A DNA stretch of 64,000 nt, from NCBI GenBank assembly GCA_964571815.1, contig CAZNDN010000007.1:999-64998 (forward strand), in the 5' to 3' direction. The notes beneath the pieces are model-generated. The model worked only from the letters and a program-made list of their open reading frames with translations, was not told the DNA's origin and did not search any database. Of the stretch, positions 54,200 through 64,000 are shown one piece after another; position 1 is the first letter of the stretch; each line of letters opens with the position of its first letter. Source of the stretch: an uncultured Fibrobacterota bacterium. GTDB taxonomy: Bacteria; Fibrobacterota; Chitinivibrionia; Chitinivibrionales; WJKA01. The position numbers and the translations under genes were made by a program.

Positions 54200-54756
54200 G
54201 CGCAGAAACCAACACTATTCCTCGAATGCAGCGGGAGTACCGGGAGCGGGTTGTCCCGGCGCTTCAGAAGCGCTTGGGGATCGACAATGTCATGCAGGTC
54301 CCGCGTCTGGAGAAGATCGTGATCAATGCGGGTGTAGGACGCGCGGTGCAGGAGCCGAAGTTGCTTGACGAAGCGGTTATGACGCTGCGCAATATCAGCG
54401 GCCGGAAGCCGGTGGTCACGCGCGCACGGCAGGCCATTTCGAACTTCAAACTTCGCAAGAACAACGCTATCGGCTGTAAGGTGACCTTGCGCAGAGCCCA
54501 CATGTACGAGTTCTTCGACCGTCTGGTTTCCGTCTCCATTCCCCGGATCAGGGATTTCAGGGGACTTTCGCGGAAGTCGTTTGACGGGCGGGGTAACTAC
54601 AGTGTAGGGATTAAGGAGCAGATCGTGTTTCTGGAGGTCGACCGGGACAAGATCAGCCGGATTACGGGAATGGATATAACGATGTGCACGAATGCGCCGA
54701 GGGACGACTGGGCGCTGGCGCTGCTTGAGGAAATGGGAATGCCGTTTCGCCGGTAA
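54196..54756 (+). CDS. rplE: Ribosomal protein L5
   Basis: TTG start overlapping the rplX stop. NVMQVPRLEKIVINAGVG...GRKPVVTRARQAISNFKLR. Confidence 0.95.
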   Translation: MSAETNTIPRMQREYRERVVPALQKRLGIDNVMQVPRLEKIVINAGVGRAVQEPKLLDEAVMTLRNISGRKPVVTRARQAISNFKLRKNNAIGCKVTLRRAHMYEFFDRLVSVSIPRIRDFRGLSRKSFDGRGNYSVGIKEQIVFLEVDRDKISRITGMDITMCTNAPRDDWALALLEEMGMPFRR

Positions 54757-54780
54757 GCGCGGCAAGGAAGGGAGAGTGGT

Positions 54781-54966
54781 GTGGCGAAGAAGGCGTTGAT
54801 GGAGAAGGCAAGGCGGAAGCCGAAATTCAAGGTGCGCGCGTACAACCGGTGTCGACGGTGCGGAAGGGCGAGGGGGTATTACCGCCGGTTCGGACTGTGC
54901 AGACTCTGTTTTCGGGATTTGGCGCGCGAAGGTGCCGTACCGGGAGTGGTTAAGTCGAGCTGGTAG
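54781..54966 (+). CDS. rpsN: Ribosomal protein S14, short zinc-ribbon (type Z) form
   Basis: GTG start, 61 aa. [24 protein letters not shown] carries CxxC...CxxC. Confidence 0.93.
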   Translation: MAKKALMEKARRKPKFKVRAYNRCRRCGRARGYYRRFGLCRLCFRDLAREGAVPGVVKSSW

Positions 54967-55012
54967 ACCGGAGCGGGAAAAGGAAACGACAAACCGGAGG
55001 GTGTGAAGGATC

Positions 55013-55408
55013 ATGCTGACGGATCAGATTGCCGACATGTTCACCAGAATTCGCAACGCCATTCAGGCGCAGCGGCGTACCGTGAGCGTGCCCGCGTCAC
55101 GATTGAAGAAAGAGATCGCGCGGATACTCCACGAAAATCATTTTATCAGCAAGTATGCATTCGTGGACGATGGGGTTCAGGGGGAGATCAAGATATTGCT
55201 GAAGTACGACGACGAGATGCGCAATGCCATACAGGGAATCCGCCGGATCAGCACCCCGGGCCGCAAGCATTACGCCCCGGCTTCGGGTATTCCCAAGATT
55301 CTCAACGGGATGGGTATTGCCATTGTCTCGACGTCCCGAGGGGTCATGACCGACCGTCAGTGCCGCAAGAACAACGTGGGCGGCGAGGTCGTTGGATCGG
55401 TGTGGTAG
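55013..55408 (+). CDS. rpsH: Ribosomal protein S8
   Basis: MLTDQIADMFTRIRNA...GIAIVSTSRGVMTD. Confidence 0.95.
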   Translation: MLTDQIADMFTRIRNAIQAQRRTVSVPASRLKKEIARILHENHFISKYAFVDDGVQGEIKILLKYDDEMRNAIQGIRRISTPGRKHYAPASGIPKILNGMGIAIVSTSRGVMTDRQCRKNNVGGEVVGSVW

Positions 55409-55459
55409 TGGTGGTGAAGGACGAGCGCCGGCGTTGAGCCGGAGAAGAGGAGATTACAG

Positions 55460-55999
55460 GTGTCTCGCCTGGGTAAACAATCAATAGCGCTTCCCGATGG
55501 TGTCGAGGTACGGATGCAGGGGAGCACGGTAACGGTAAAGGGGCCGAAGGGGACGCTTTCGGGTGAAATGAGCCCGGACGTAACGGTCGCGGTCGAGGAC
55601 AAGCGTGTGGTGTGCAGGCCCGTGTCGGACGATCCCAAACTGAAGCCGGCGTGGGGACTGGTTCGCATGCTGATCAACAACATGGTGGTGGGCGTCTCGA
55701 CCGGATATCGGCGCGAGCTTGAGCTGGTGGGCGTGGGGTATCGAGCCGAAATGAAGGGCAAGGACCTCGGGCTGTCGGTGGGCTATTCTCAGCAGGTGGT
55801 GGTGAAGGCAAGCGACGGCGTGACATTCAAGACCGAGAGTCCGACGAAGATCGTGGTTGAGGGTATCGACAAGCAGCGGGTCGGCCATGCGGCCGCCAAT
55901 ATCAGGGAAGTACGTCCGCCCGACTCCTACAAGGCAAAGGGAATCCGCTATGCGGGTGAGCAGCCGAGGACCAAGGCGGGTAAATCGGGAGTGAAGTAG
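55460..55999 (+). CDS. rplF: Ribosomal protein L6
   Basis: GTG start. [32 protein letters not shown]...[15 protein letters not shown]. Confidence 0.95.
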   Translation: MSRLGKQSIALPDGVEVRMQGSTVTVKGPKGTLSGEMSPDVTVAVEDKRVVCRPVSDDPKLKPAWGLVRMLINNMVVGVSTGYRRELELVGVGYRAEMKGKDLGLSVGYSQQVVVKASDGVTFKTESPTKIVVEGIDKQRVGHAAANIREVRPPDSYKAKGIRYAGEQPRTKAGKSGVK

Positions 56000-56030
56000 C
56001 CGCGGGGGAAGCCGCACGAGGCGAAACGAT

Positions 56031-56408
56031 ATGGGTACAACGAATCAAAGAACGGTCGACAGGAAACGGCGTGCTCGTCGTATCCGCAAAAAAGTGTTCG
56101 GTACGGCCGAGCGTCCGCGTTTGTGTGTGCGGAGAAGTCTCCGGCATATCTACGCGCAGATTGTGGACGATGAGGCGCAGCGGTCTCTGGTGCAGGTGGG
56201 CAGCAGCTCAAAAGAAGTCGCGGAGAAGGCGGCTTCGGCGAAAGCCTCCAATGCAACCGAGGTGTCCCGGGTTGTCGGCGAGTTGATTGCGGTACGTGCC
56301 CGGGAAAAGGGAATCGGCACGGTGGTCCTGGACCGCAAGGGGTACAAGTATCACGGCAGGGTCAAGGCTCTGGCCGAAAGCGCACGCGGCAACGGACTGG
56401 TGTTTTGA
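56031..56408 (+). CDS. rplR: Ribosomal protein L18
   Basis: [34 protein letters not shown]...[23 protein letters not shown]. Confidence 0.95.
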   Translation: MGTTNQRTVDRKRRARRIRKKVFGTAERPRLCVRRSLRHIYAQIVDDEAQRSLVQVGSSSKEVAEKAASAKASNATEVSRVVGELIAVRAREKGIGTVVLDRKGYKYHGRVKALAESARGNGLVF

Positions 56409-56464
56409 TGGGCCGTTGCGGCGGTCCGACCGGAGTACGATATCGGGAGAAAGGGGCGTAGTCG

Positions 56465-56959
56465 TTGAATAAGGAATCGGCAGCAGGTGGAAGAGATGCG
56501 GAGCTGACCGAACGGTTGATCGCGGTCAACCGCGTGGCCAAGGTCGTGAAGGGCGGACGTCGTTTCGGGTTCAATGCCCTGGTTGCAGTCGGTGACGGCA
56601 AGGGCAGGGTAGGCATTGCCATGGGCAAGGCCAACGATGTCACGGAGGCGATTCGCAAGGGTGTGGAGAGCGCAAAGAAGAATGTCGTGCATGTGTGCCT
56701 TGTCAACGGTACGATTCCGCACGGGGTGCTGGGGCGTTTCGGCGCGGGACGAGTGGTGCTTCGTCCGGCCTCACCCGGTACGGGCGTGATTGCCGGCGGG
56801 CCGGCGCGGGCGGTGCTGGAGCTGGTGGGCATTCATGACATTCTTACCAAGTGCCTGGGCACCACTACGGCGCACAATGTGGCCAAGGCGACGATCGAGG
56901 GTCTGAAGCAGCTCAAGAGCTGGGAACAAATAAGGAAATTGCGGCAGGTACCGAACTGA
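56465..56959 (+). CDS. rpsE: Ribosomal protein S5
   Basis: TTG start. [33 protein letters not shown]...[14 protein letters not shown]. Confidence 0.95.
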   Translation: MNKESAAGGRDAELTERLIAVNRVAKVVKGGRRFGFNALVAVGDGKGRVGIAMGKANDVTEAIRKGVESAKKNVVHVCLVNGTIPHGVLGRFGAGRVVLRPASPGTGVIAGGPARAVLELVGIHDILTKCLGTTTAHNVAKATIEGLKQLKSWEQIRKLRQVPN

Positions 56960-56985
56960 GATCCCTCCAAAAAAGTGCGGAGCAG

Positions 56986-57174
56986 ATGGGAAAGAAACTG
57001 AAGATAACGCAGGTGCGCAGCGTGATCGGGTGCCGGAAGAACCAGAAGCTGACAATGCAGGCGCTGGGTATTCGCAAGCGGGGCCGATCGGTCGTGCACG
57101 AGGACACCCCCGGGGTACGGGGAATGGTCAATACGGTGAAACACCTTCTGGAAGTGGAAGAAGTCGATGGATAG
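56986..57174 (+). CDS. rpmD: Ribosomal protein L30
   Basis: ATG 56986 gives MGKKLKITQVRSVIGCRKNQKLTMQALGIRKRGRSVVHEDTPGVRGMVNTV. The track ORF starts inside rpsE. Confidence 0.9.
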   Translation: MGKKLKITQVRSVIGCRKNQKLTMQALGIRKRGRSVVHEDTPGVRGMVNTVKHLLEVEEVDG

Positions 57175-57631
57175 CATGCTGAAACTCAACGGATTGCGGC
57201 CGGCCGAGGGCTCTCGTCGCCGGGGACGTCGCGTGGGACGCGGTCCCGGAAGCGGTCGGGGGAAGACCTGCGGGTACGGCAGCAACGGTGCGAAGTGTCG
57301 AAGCGGAAGGAGTTCGCGTCCCTATTTCGAGGGTGGGCAGACGCCGCTTTCGCGGAGAATTCCCAAGCGGGGATTTTCCAATCGGAACCGGACGGTCTAC
57401 CAGATAGTCAACGTGGGCGCGATCCAGAAGGTGGCCGAGGACGGCGGGGAGGTCGACAAGGCGTTTCTGCACGGCAAGGGTCTGCTTCCTTCAAAGCAGC
57501 TTCCGTTGAAAGTTCTGGGCAACGGTGAGCTTTCGAGGGGCGTGACCGTCAAGGCGGAGAAGTTCTCGGCTTCAGCGCGGGCCAAGATCGAAGCGGCGAA
57601 GGGCAAAGTGGAGGAAGTCAAGGGTGCTTGA
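57167..57631 (+). CDS. rplO: Ribosomal protein L15 (alternative start ATG 57176)
   Basis: MLKLNGLRPAEGSRRRGRRVGRGPGSGRGKT. Alignment with typical L15 N-termini favours 57176; the longest ORF starts at 57167. Confidence 0.93.
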   Translation: MDSMLKLNGLRPAEGSRRRGRRVGRGPGSGRGKTCGYGSNGAKCRSGRSSRPYFEGGQTPLSRRIPKRGFSNRNRTVYQIVNVGAIQKVAEDGGEVDKAFLHGKGLLPSKQLPLKVLGNGELSRGVTVKAEKFSASARAKIEAAKGKVEEVKGA

Positions 57632-58946
57632 GAAACTGGCAAATATATTCAGGGTTCCCGAGCTTCGCAAGCGGATCGGGTTTACGCTGGCCATGATTTT
57701 CATCTACCGGGTGGGAGGACACATCCCCACCCCGGGGATCAATACCAGGGTGCTGGCCGAGTTTTTCAGTCAGTATCAGAATACCCTTTTCGGGCTGTAC
57801 GACATGTTCGTGGGAGGGGCGTTCAAGAAGGCGACGATTTTCGCGCTGGGAATCATGCCCTATATTACGGCCTCGATTATCATGCAGTTGCTGGGCACGT
57901 TGTTTCCGTACCTGCATAAACTCCAGCGCGAGGGGGCCGAGGGGCGCAAGAAGATAACCCAGTATACGCGTTACGGCACGGTGGTGCTGGCGTTGGTGCA
58001 GTCGACGGGAATCAGCATCTGGCTGCAGAGCATTACGTCGCCCGAGACCGGGGCCTCGGCGGTGGTTCCCATGCTCAGCGGCGTGTCCTTTACGTTTGTG
58101 ACCGCGATCAGTCTGACCACCGGTACCATCTTTATCATGTGGCTGGGAGAACAGATAACCAACCGGGGTATCGGCAACGGTATCTCGCTGATCATATTCG
58201 TGGGCATTGTCGCGCGGCTTCCCGACGCGGTGGCGGGGGAGATTCAGCAGGTAGCCGCCGGCACGCGGCACCCGTTTTCCGCTCTGGTGGTTCTGGCGAT
58301 GGTGCTGGCGATGACCGCCTTCATAATCATGATGTATCAGGCGAGCAGGCGGATACCGATTCAGACGCCGAAGAAGGTGGTGGGTACGAAGATGTACGCG
58401 GGGCAGAACACGGTGCTCCCGCTGCGGCTGCTCATGGCCGGTGTCATTCCCATGATCTTCGCGTCGTCGCTGATGTTCTTCCCCAGTCTTCTGGGGAATT
58501 TCTTTCCCGACTCGGAAGTAGTGGAAAGTATCACGGGGGTGTTTGTGCCCGGTCATCCGGTATACTCGATCTGTTTTGCTCTGTTGATTATCTTCTTCAC
58601 CTATTTCTATACGGCGATCATCTTCAATCCCGTGGATATTGCCGACAACCTGAAGCGCTCGGGCGGGTTCATTCCGGGGATCAGGCCGGGGAAGAAGACG
58701 GCGGAGTTTCTGGACCGGGTACTGACCAGGATTACTCTCCCGGCCGCCATCTTTCTGGCGTTCATCGCGGTTGTACCGTTTCTGTTTGTGGGCATGTTTG
58801 ATATATCGTTTTTCTTCGGGGGCACGAGTGTTCTGATCGTGGTCGGCGTCGCCCTCGATACGCTTCAGCAGTTGGAATCGCATCTTCAGACGCGCAACTA
58901 CGAAGGGTTTTTGAAGAAGGGGCGGTTGAAGGGCAGGCGGTTATAG
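57624..58946 (+). CDS. secY: Preprotein translocase subunit SecY
   Basis: ELRKRIGFTLAMIFIYRVGGHIPTPGIN...GIMPYITASIIMQLL. Ten hydrophobic segments, 440 aa. Confidence 0.95.
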   Translation: MLEKLANIFRVPELRKRIGFTLAMIFIYRVGGHIPTPGINTRVLAEFFSQYQNTLFGLYDMFVGGAFKKATIFALGIMPYITASIIMQLLGTLFPYLHKLQREGAEGRKKITQYTRYGTVVLALVQSTGISIWLQSITSPETGASAVVPMLSGVSFTFVTAISLTTGTIFIMWLGEQITNRGIGNGISLIIFVGIVARLPDAVAGEIQQVAAGTRHPFSALVVLAMVLAMTAFIIMMYQASRRIPIQTPKKVVGTKMYAGQNTVLPLRLLMAGVIPMIFASSLMFFPSLLGNFFPDSEVVESITGVFVPGHPVYSICFALLIIFFTYFYTAIIFNPVDIADNLKRSGGFIPGIRPGKKTAEFLDRVLTRITLPAAIFLAFIAVVPFLFVGMFDISFFFGGTSVLIVVGVALDTLQQLESHLQTRNYEGFLKKGRLKGRRL

Positions 58947-58970
58947 GCGCGGGAGAAAGGAACGAGGGTT

Positions 58971-59087
58971 GTGAAAGTAAAGGCTTCAGTGAAAAAGATC
59001 TGCCGGGGTTGCAAGATTGTCAGGCGCAGGGGCGTGGTACGGGTGTTGTGCACGCGTTCGCCTAAACACAAGCAGCGTCAGGGCTGA
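58971..59087 (+). CDS. rpmJ: Ribosomal protein L36 (Cys/His zinc form)
   Basis: Not in the track (38 aa). GTG start. [38 protein letters not shown]. Confidence 0.9.
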   Translation: MKVKASVKKICRGCKIVRRRGVVRVLCTRSPKHKQRQG

Positions 59088-59120
59088 GGCGCGGCAACAC
59101 AAAGAGCAGGAGGTTGATCG

Positions 59121-59504
59121 GTGGCGCGTATTGCGGGAGTAGAAATACCCAACAAAAAGCATGCGGTGATTGGACTGACCCATATCTTCGGTATCGGTCG
59201 TTCGTCGGCGACCGTCGTGCTGGAGAAGGCCGGCATTGAGCCGGGGCGCAAGGTGGGTGATCTTACCGAGGCGGAGCTGGACAAGATGCGGAAGATCGTG
59301 GACCATGAGTTCACCACCGAGGGCAGCCTGCGTGCTCAGTCGCGGATGAATATCAAGCGCTTGATGGATATCGGCTGCTACCGCGGGCTTCGGCACCGCA
59401 AGAACCTTCCGGTTCGGGGGCAGCGGAGCAGGACGAACGCGCGGACGCGCAAGGGTCCGCGGAAGACGATTGCGGGGAAGCGCAAGGCACCGAGTAAAGG
59501 GTAG
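59121..59504 (+). CDS. rpsM: Ribosomal protein S13
   Basis: GTG start. [27 protein letters not shown]...[24 protein letters not shown]. Confidence 0.95.
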   Translation: MARIAGVEIPNKKHAVIGLTHIFGIGRSSATVVLEKAGIEPGRKVGDLTEAELDKMRKIVDHEFTTEGSLRAQSRMNIKRLMDIGCYRGLRHRKNLPVRGQRSRTNARTRKGPRKTIAGKRKAPSKG

Positions 59505-59527
59505 ATCCTGAGAGGGGAAAACGGGGC

Positions 59528-59905
59528 ATGAACAAATCCAGGAAGATCAAGAAGAAGGCGTCGGCGGAGGGCATTGCGCATATCCGCTCGACGTTCAACA
59601 ACACGGTGATCAGCATCACGGACAAAAGCGGCAACGTGGTTGTCTGGAACAGTCCGGGCCGCTCGGGTTTCAAGGGGTCGCGCAAGAGCACGCCGTTTGC
59701 GGCTCAGATCGCGGCGGACACGGCCGGGCGACAGGCGTACGATGCGGGGATGAGGAAGGTTGAGATTCATGTACGGGGTGCGGGCAACGGTCGGGAGAGT
59801 GCCACCAGGGCCCTGGCAACATCGGGCCTGCGGGTCACGGCGATGAAAGATTTTACGGCGATACCTCACAACGGTTGCCGTCCACCCAAGCGAAGAAGGA
59901 TTTGA
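59528..59905 (+). CDS. rpsK: Ribosomal protein S11
   Basis: [30 protein letters not shown]...[11 protein letters not shown]...[18 protein letters not shown]. Confidence 0.95.
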   Translation: MNKSRKIKKKASAEGIAHIRSTFNNTVISITDKSGNVVVWNSPGRSGFKGSRKSTPFAAQIAADTAGRQAYDAGMRKVEIHVRGAGNGRESATRALATSGLRVTAMKDFTAIPHNGCRPPKRRRI

Positions 59906-59917
59906 GGAGTAGTCGGC

Positions 59918-60541
59918 ATGGCAGTGAATCACGATCCACGGTGCAGACAGTGTCGGCGTGAGGGAGGGAAGCTGATGCTGAAGGGGGAGCGGTGCAAGAC
60001 CGACAAGTGTGCGTTTGAGCGGCGGCCGTTTCCGCCCGGGCAGCGCTCCATGCGTCGACGGCGCAACGCCTCGGAGTATCATCTGCAGTTGCGCGAGAAA
60101 CAGAAAATACGCAGGATCTACGGCGTCCTGGAGCGTCAGTTCCGGCTCTGTTTCGAGCGGGCGGCGCGGAGGGAAGGTGTCACGGGCGAAAACCTTCTGC
60201 GGATACTGGAGATGCGGCTGGACAATGTCGTGTACCGCATGGGTCTGGCTCCGTCCCGCATGAGCGCCCGGCAACTGGTTCGTCACAACCATTTCCTGCT
60301 CAACGACCGCAAGGCGGGGATTCCGTCGATGCAGGTTTCGGCCGGCGATCGAATTCAGGTGAAGGAGAAGAGTAAGTCGTTGGAAGCGATACACGGTGCG
60401 TTGCGTAATGCCCGGGAGATTCCCGACTGGATGTCGATAGACAAGGTCAAGTTGACCGGCACCATACTGAAAGAGCCCGATCGCGGTGCGATGCCGTCGG
60501 ATATTCAGGAACAACTGGTGGTTGAGTTGTACTCCAAATAA
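59918..60541 (+). CDS. rpsD: Ribosomal protein S4
   Basis: CRQCRREGGKLMLKGERC...SEYHLQLREKQKIRRIYG...RLDNVVYRMGLAPSRMSARQLVRHNH. Confidence 0.95.
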   Translation: MAVNHDPRCRQCRREGGKLMLKGERCKTDKCAFERRPFPPGQRSMRRRRNASEYHLQLREKQKIRRIYGVLERQFRLCFERAARREGVTGENLLRILEMRLDNVVYRMGLAPSRMSARQLVRHNHFLLNDRKAGIPSMQVSAGDRIQVKEKSKSLEAIHGALRNAREIPDWMSIDKVKLTGTILKEPDRGAMPSDIQEQLVVELYSK

Positions 60542-60558
60542 CGAGGAGCCGTTCCTAC

Positions 60559-61557
60559 ATGAAGTGGAAAAGCCTGTTGATGCCCAGGGAGATTGTGGTC
60601 GAGAACCCGGAGAAGGTTCCCGATTACGGCAGAGTAGTAGTGGAACCGTTGGAGCGTGGGTGGGGACATACCGTGGGCAATGCGCTTCGTCGAATCCTTC
60701 TTTCGTCGCTGCAGGGAGCGGCGGTGGTGTCGGTGCGGATCGAAAACGTTCTGCACGAGTACACCACGATCGACGGCGTGCGGGAGGATATTACCGATTT
60801 GGTGTTGAGCCTGAAGAAGCTTCGGGTGAAGCTGTTGTCGGACGACGATGCGATACTGCGGCTTGACGTGAGCGGTGAGGGAGAGGTGAAGGCCTCCGAT
60901 ATGGAGAGCAATCCCGACGTGGAAATTCTCAATCCTGATCTGCATATTGCCACGATCAATCCGGACGCCAAATTGAAAATGGAGATGCGGGTGTCGGACG
61001 GACGCGGGTACGTGCAGGCGGAGCAGAACAAGCGCGAGGACGACCCGATCGGAACGATCCCTATCGATGCGATGTTCTCGCCGGTGGTGAAGGCCAATTA
61101 CGTGGTGGAGAACACCCGCGTTGGGCAGCGCACGGACCTGGACAAGATTATCATGGAGATCCGGACCGACGGGAGCCTGTCGGTGGAGGATGCGCTGAGC
61201 TATGCGGCCAAGCTCCTGCACGACCACCTCGAAGTGTTTATCAGCGTGGAAGGTGAGCTGGAGCCGGTGGTGCAGTTGCGGGCCGACGAGAAGCTTGATA
61301 AGATGCGGCAGTTGTTGAAGATGCGCGTGGATGAGCTTGAGTTGTCGGTACGCTCCAACAACTGTTTGAAAGCGGCCAATATTCACACGCTGGCCGACCT
61401 GGTGCGCAATCAGGAGGCCGACATGCTCAAGTACAAGAATTTCGGCCGCAAGTCGCTGATCGAGCTTAACCAGGTGCTTGAGAACATGGGATTGAAATTC
61501 GGAATGGATGTGGACAAGATTATGGGGCAGGACGAGCGGGAGGGTGTAGGCGAGTAG
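60559..61557 (+). CDS. rpoA: DNA-directed RNA polymerase subunit alpha
   Basis: GRVVVEPLERGWGHTVGNALRRILLSSLQGAAV...ELELSVRSNNCLKAANIHTLADLV (CTD HhH). Confidence 0.95.
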   Translation: MKWKSLLMPREIVVENPEKVPDYGRVVVEPLERGWGHTVGNALRRILLSSLQGAAVVSVRIENVLHEYTTIDGVREDITDLVLSLKKLRVKLLSDDDAILRLDVSGEGEVKASDMESNPDVEILNPDLHIATINPDAKLKMEMRVSDGRGYVQAEQNKREDDPIGTIPIDAMFSPVVKANYVVENTRVGQRTDLDKIIMEIRTDGSLSVEDALSYAAKLLHDHLEVFISVEGELEPVVQLRADEKLDKMRQLLKMRVDELELSVRSNNCLKAANIHTLADLVRNQEADMLKYKNFGRKSLIELNQVLENMGLKFGMDVDKIMGQDEREGVGE

Positions 61558-61591
61558 CCCGGCCGCGGTTTTTCATACGAAGGTTACATCA

Positions 61592-62242
61592 ATGCGTCAT
61601 TTGAAATCGGGAAGGAAGCTCAACCGCACGGCCGCTCATCGCAAGGCGATGCTGGGCAATCTGGCGGTGTCGATTCTTGATCACGAGCGGGTAACCACCA
61701 CGGTTGCCAAGGCCAAGGAAGTGCGGGGTGTTGTCGAGCGCCTGATAACGTATGCCAAGCGCGGAGGATTACACAATATCCGTCAGGCGGCACGCACGGT
61801 GAAGGACAAGACGGTGCTGAAAAAGCTTTTCGACGATCTGGGACCGGCCTACGAGAAGCGCGAGGGCGGCTACACGCGTATCGTTCGTGTCGGCGAGCGC
61901 AAGGGCGATCATGCGCCCACGGCGATTATCGAGCTGGTCGGGCGCGATGGGGACGAGCCGCGCAAGCGCAAGAAAAAGGCATCGTCGTCGGGGCGCGCCG
62001 GCAAGCGCGGTGCTTCCAAAGAGCAGCCGACCGGCAAGGCGGCCGAACAGACGGAGCCGAAGGCGGAGGAAGAGGCCCCGGTAGTCGAGAGTGCTGAAGA
62101 GGCGCCGGCGCCGGACACGAAAGAGCCGGTCGAGGAGAAGAAGGAGCAGGGGGAGGAGCAGTCGGATTTGTCACAAACCACGCACGGCAGCGATTCCGGG
62201 AAAGACGAGGAGTCGGCCGAGAGCACCACGGACAAGGAGTGA
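61592..62242 (+). CDS. rplQ: Ribosomal protein L17 with ~90-aa acidic/lysine-rich C-terminal extension
   Basis: MRHLKSGRKLNRTAAHRKAMLGNLAVSIL...GGYTRIVRVGERKGDHAPTAIIELV is a complete L17 core. A low-complexity tail then runs to residue 216. Confidence 0.93.
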   Translation: MRHLKSGRKLNRTAAHRKAMLGNLAVSILDHERVTTTVAKAKEVRGVVERLITYAKRGGLHNIRQAARTVKDKTVLKKLFDDLGPAYEKREGGYTRIVRVGERKGDHAPTAIIELVGRDGDEPRKRKKKASSSGRAGKRGASKEQPTGKAAEQTEPKAEEEAPVVESAEEAPAPDTKEPVEEKKEQGEEQSDLSQTTHGSDSGKDEESAESTTDKE

Positions 62243-62248
62243 GCGGAT

Positions 62249-63271
62249 ATGTCGCTGGTACCGATGAAATTGATTCTTGATGAGGCGAACAAGGGCGGTT
62301 ACGGAGTCGGCGCGTTCAACGTCAACAACATGGAGCAGTTGCAGGCCATCTGTGACGCCGCCAATGAGACCGAGTCGCCGGTAATTATTCAGGTAAGCCG
62401 CAATGCGCTGAAATACGCCGACAAGGGTTTGCTTGCCGCCATGGTCAACTATATGGCTTCGGTGAAGTATCCTCAAGTCCCCATGGCACTTCATCTGGAC
62501 CACGGTCCCGATGTCGAGACCGTGAAGGAGTGTGTTGAGCTGGGATTCACGTCGGTGATGATCGACGGGTCGCTGGACTACGGGACCAAGGACGAGAAGG
62601 GCCGTCATCCGGCGCGCTCATTTGAAGACAATGTCGCGGTTACGAAAGAGGCGGTGGCGATTGCGCACGCGGCCGGTGTGACCGTCGAGGGTGAGATCGG
62701 GACGCTGGGTGGTATCGAAGACGACACCGCGGCCGGATCGGTGCATCTGACCGATCCCCAGGAGGCCGAGGAGTTTGTCAAGCAGACGTCGGTGGACGCC
62801 CTTGCCCTGGCAATCGGCACATCGCACGGTGCCTACAAATTCCCGGTGGGAACGGAGATCAAGCTGGCGCTGAATATTGTCGATGATGTGCACAAGCGGA
62901 TGCCGGAGCTGGCGCTGGTCATGCACGGAAGCTCGTCGGTGCCCACGCACATGGTCGAAGAGGTCAACAAGTACGGCGGCAAGGTGCCCGATGCGGTGGG
63001 CGTACCTACGGCCATGATTCAGGACGCGATCAAGCGCGGCATGCGCAAGGTGAATATCGACACCGACGGCCGGCTGGCCATCACGGCGGCGATTCGCAAG
63101 GTGTTCACGGAGAAGCCCGAGGCCTTCGATCCGCGCAAGTATCTGGGTCCGGCCAGGGACGCGGTGCGGGCATGGATGATCGAAGAGATGCGGGCGTTCG
63201 GCTCGGCCGGTCACGCGGGAGACTACGAGCCGGTGAGCCTTGAGGAGATGAAGAAGAAGTATCAGGGCTGA
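62249..63271 (+). CDS. fba: Class II fructose-bisphosphate aldolase
   Basis: LILDEANKGGYGVGAFNVNNMEQLQAI...SPVIIQVS...LHLDHG...MIDGS...GTSHGAYKF...MHGSS. Confidence 0.9.
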   Translation: MSLVPMKLILDEANKGGYGVGAFNVNNMEQLQAICDAANETESPVIIQVSRNALKYADKGLLAAMVNYMASVKYPQVPMALHLDHGPDVETVKECVELGFTSVMIDGSLDYGTKDEKGRHPARSFEDNVAVTKEAVAIAHAAGVTVEGEIGTLGGIEDDTAAGSVHLTDPQEAEEFVKQTSVDALALAIGTSHGAYKFPVGTEIKLALNIVDDVHKRMPELALVMHGSSSVPTHMVEEVNKYGGKVPDAVGVPTAMIQDAIKRGMRKVNIDTDGRLAITAAIRKVFTEKPEAFDPRKYLGPARDAVRAWMIEEMRAFGSAGHAGDYEPVSLEEMKKKYQG

Positions 63272-63517
63272 GGGATTGCGGATTATTCGCGTCACTCACC
63301 CGGTCCTTCCCAAAGAGCGGCACGTACCGATTTCGGATTTTCGATTGCGCACTATGGTGCGGCCCCAGCCGTCGTTCCGCGAACGGCGGTCCGGCAGGCA
63401 GAGCGGTACCGGGAAGAAGTATTTTACGTTGGGCGGTTGGTGATTGAGCATCGATTACGAGCACGAACGAGGGCGGGTGTTGCTCCTTTGCACCTCTGAG
63501 ACCAGAAGGGGTCCTTC

Positions 63518-64000
63518 ATGAAAATTGCAGCGAAGATGTGTGGCTGCACGCTATTGGTGGTGATGCAGGCATGGGCACAGTCGGTGACGTTCAATACGCC
63601 GGTGGATTGGATGACATTGAACGGCGAGGAACTCACGGCGCAGGCGATATTCGATACGGCGGCAATCGGCGGCAAGACCGTGACTGTGCGGGCCGAGATT
63701 TTCGAAAACGGGAAGAACCGTCGCGTGGGTTCGGCAAGGCTGAAGATCGATGATGCGTCGGGGGACCTGAATCTGGGTTCGATATCGCAGAAGGTCCTGG
63801 GCGGGACCGGTTTCATGAAGCTCTCCTGGAGTGTGTCGGGCACCGATGAAGACGGTGAAATCGGGCCGATCGGTGTGCTTCGGCTTGAAGAGCTTCCCGA
63901 GTATGACGATTACCGGGCGAGCAAAGTCGAAGAAGGCGCCGGTGCGGGGGCGGTTGCGAAGCAGGCCGAGGAGAACGGCTTTGTGGCCGTTGGCGGTGCG
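63518..64000 (+). CDS. Secreted hypothetical protein, 5'-partial view (continues past right edge)
   Basis: Not in the track (no stop in the window). ATG 63518 is open to 64000: MKIAAKMCGCTLLVVMQAWAQSVTFNTPVDWMTLNGEE...; signal-like N-terminus. TATTTTA lies at 63420..63426 upstream. Confidence 0.6.
   Translation, partial: MKIAAKMCGCTLLVVMQAWAQSVTFNTPVDWMTLNGEELTAQAIFDTAAIGGKTVTVRAEIFENGKNRRVGSARLKIDDASGDLNLGSISQKVLGGTGFMKLSWSVSGTDEDGEIGPIGVLRLEELPEYDDYRASKVEEGAGAGAVAKQAEENGFVAVGGA

Overview
GC-rich bacterial chromosomal segment (about 60% GC by eye, not computed). It is probably from an FCB-group / Fibrobacterota-like organism. That placement is an inference from a TIGR02147-type protein, several FlgD-Ig/T9SS-like C-terminal tails and an archaeal-type ProRS. 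The window has four blocks. (1) 1-12.0 kb is a tight minus-strand operon encoding only secreted proteins: two paralogous giant vWA proteins with T9SS-like sorting tails, two paralogous barrel-like/TPR proteins (one missing from the ORF track and running off the left edge), a beta-helix protein, an LVIVD-like protein and a small lipoprotein. I do not recognise this gene set as a named system, and it is my main candidate for something undescribed. (2) 12.4-19.1 kb is a plus-strand accessory block. It holds a CHAP amidase, a CAP/SCP-domain gene interrupted by an in-frame TGA, a TIGR02147-family HTH protein with a lipoprotein, and a PEGA / FGE-sulfatase-like / membrane-anchored trio. (3) 19.1-30.8 kb is housekeeping: trm112-like, a HAD phosphatase with a GH65 phosphorylase, rsmE, a Nif3-family gene, proS, rsmI, purM, cysS and clpP. 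(4) 30.9-63.3 kb is one uninterrupted plus-strand translation/transcription supercluster: tRNA Thr-Tyr-Gly-Thr, tuf, rpmG, tRNA-Trp, secE, nusG, rplKAJL, rpoBC, rpsLG, fusA, a second tuf, the S10, spc and alpha operons, then fba. It contains two identical 1.19-kb tuf copies and lacks adk/map/infA. A partial secreted-protein gene closes the window. No CRISPR array, IS element, integrase or phage genes were seen. All functional calls rest on motif recognition and gene order read by eye; no database search was run.
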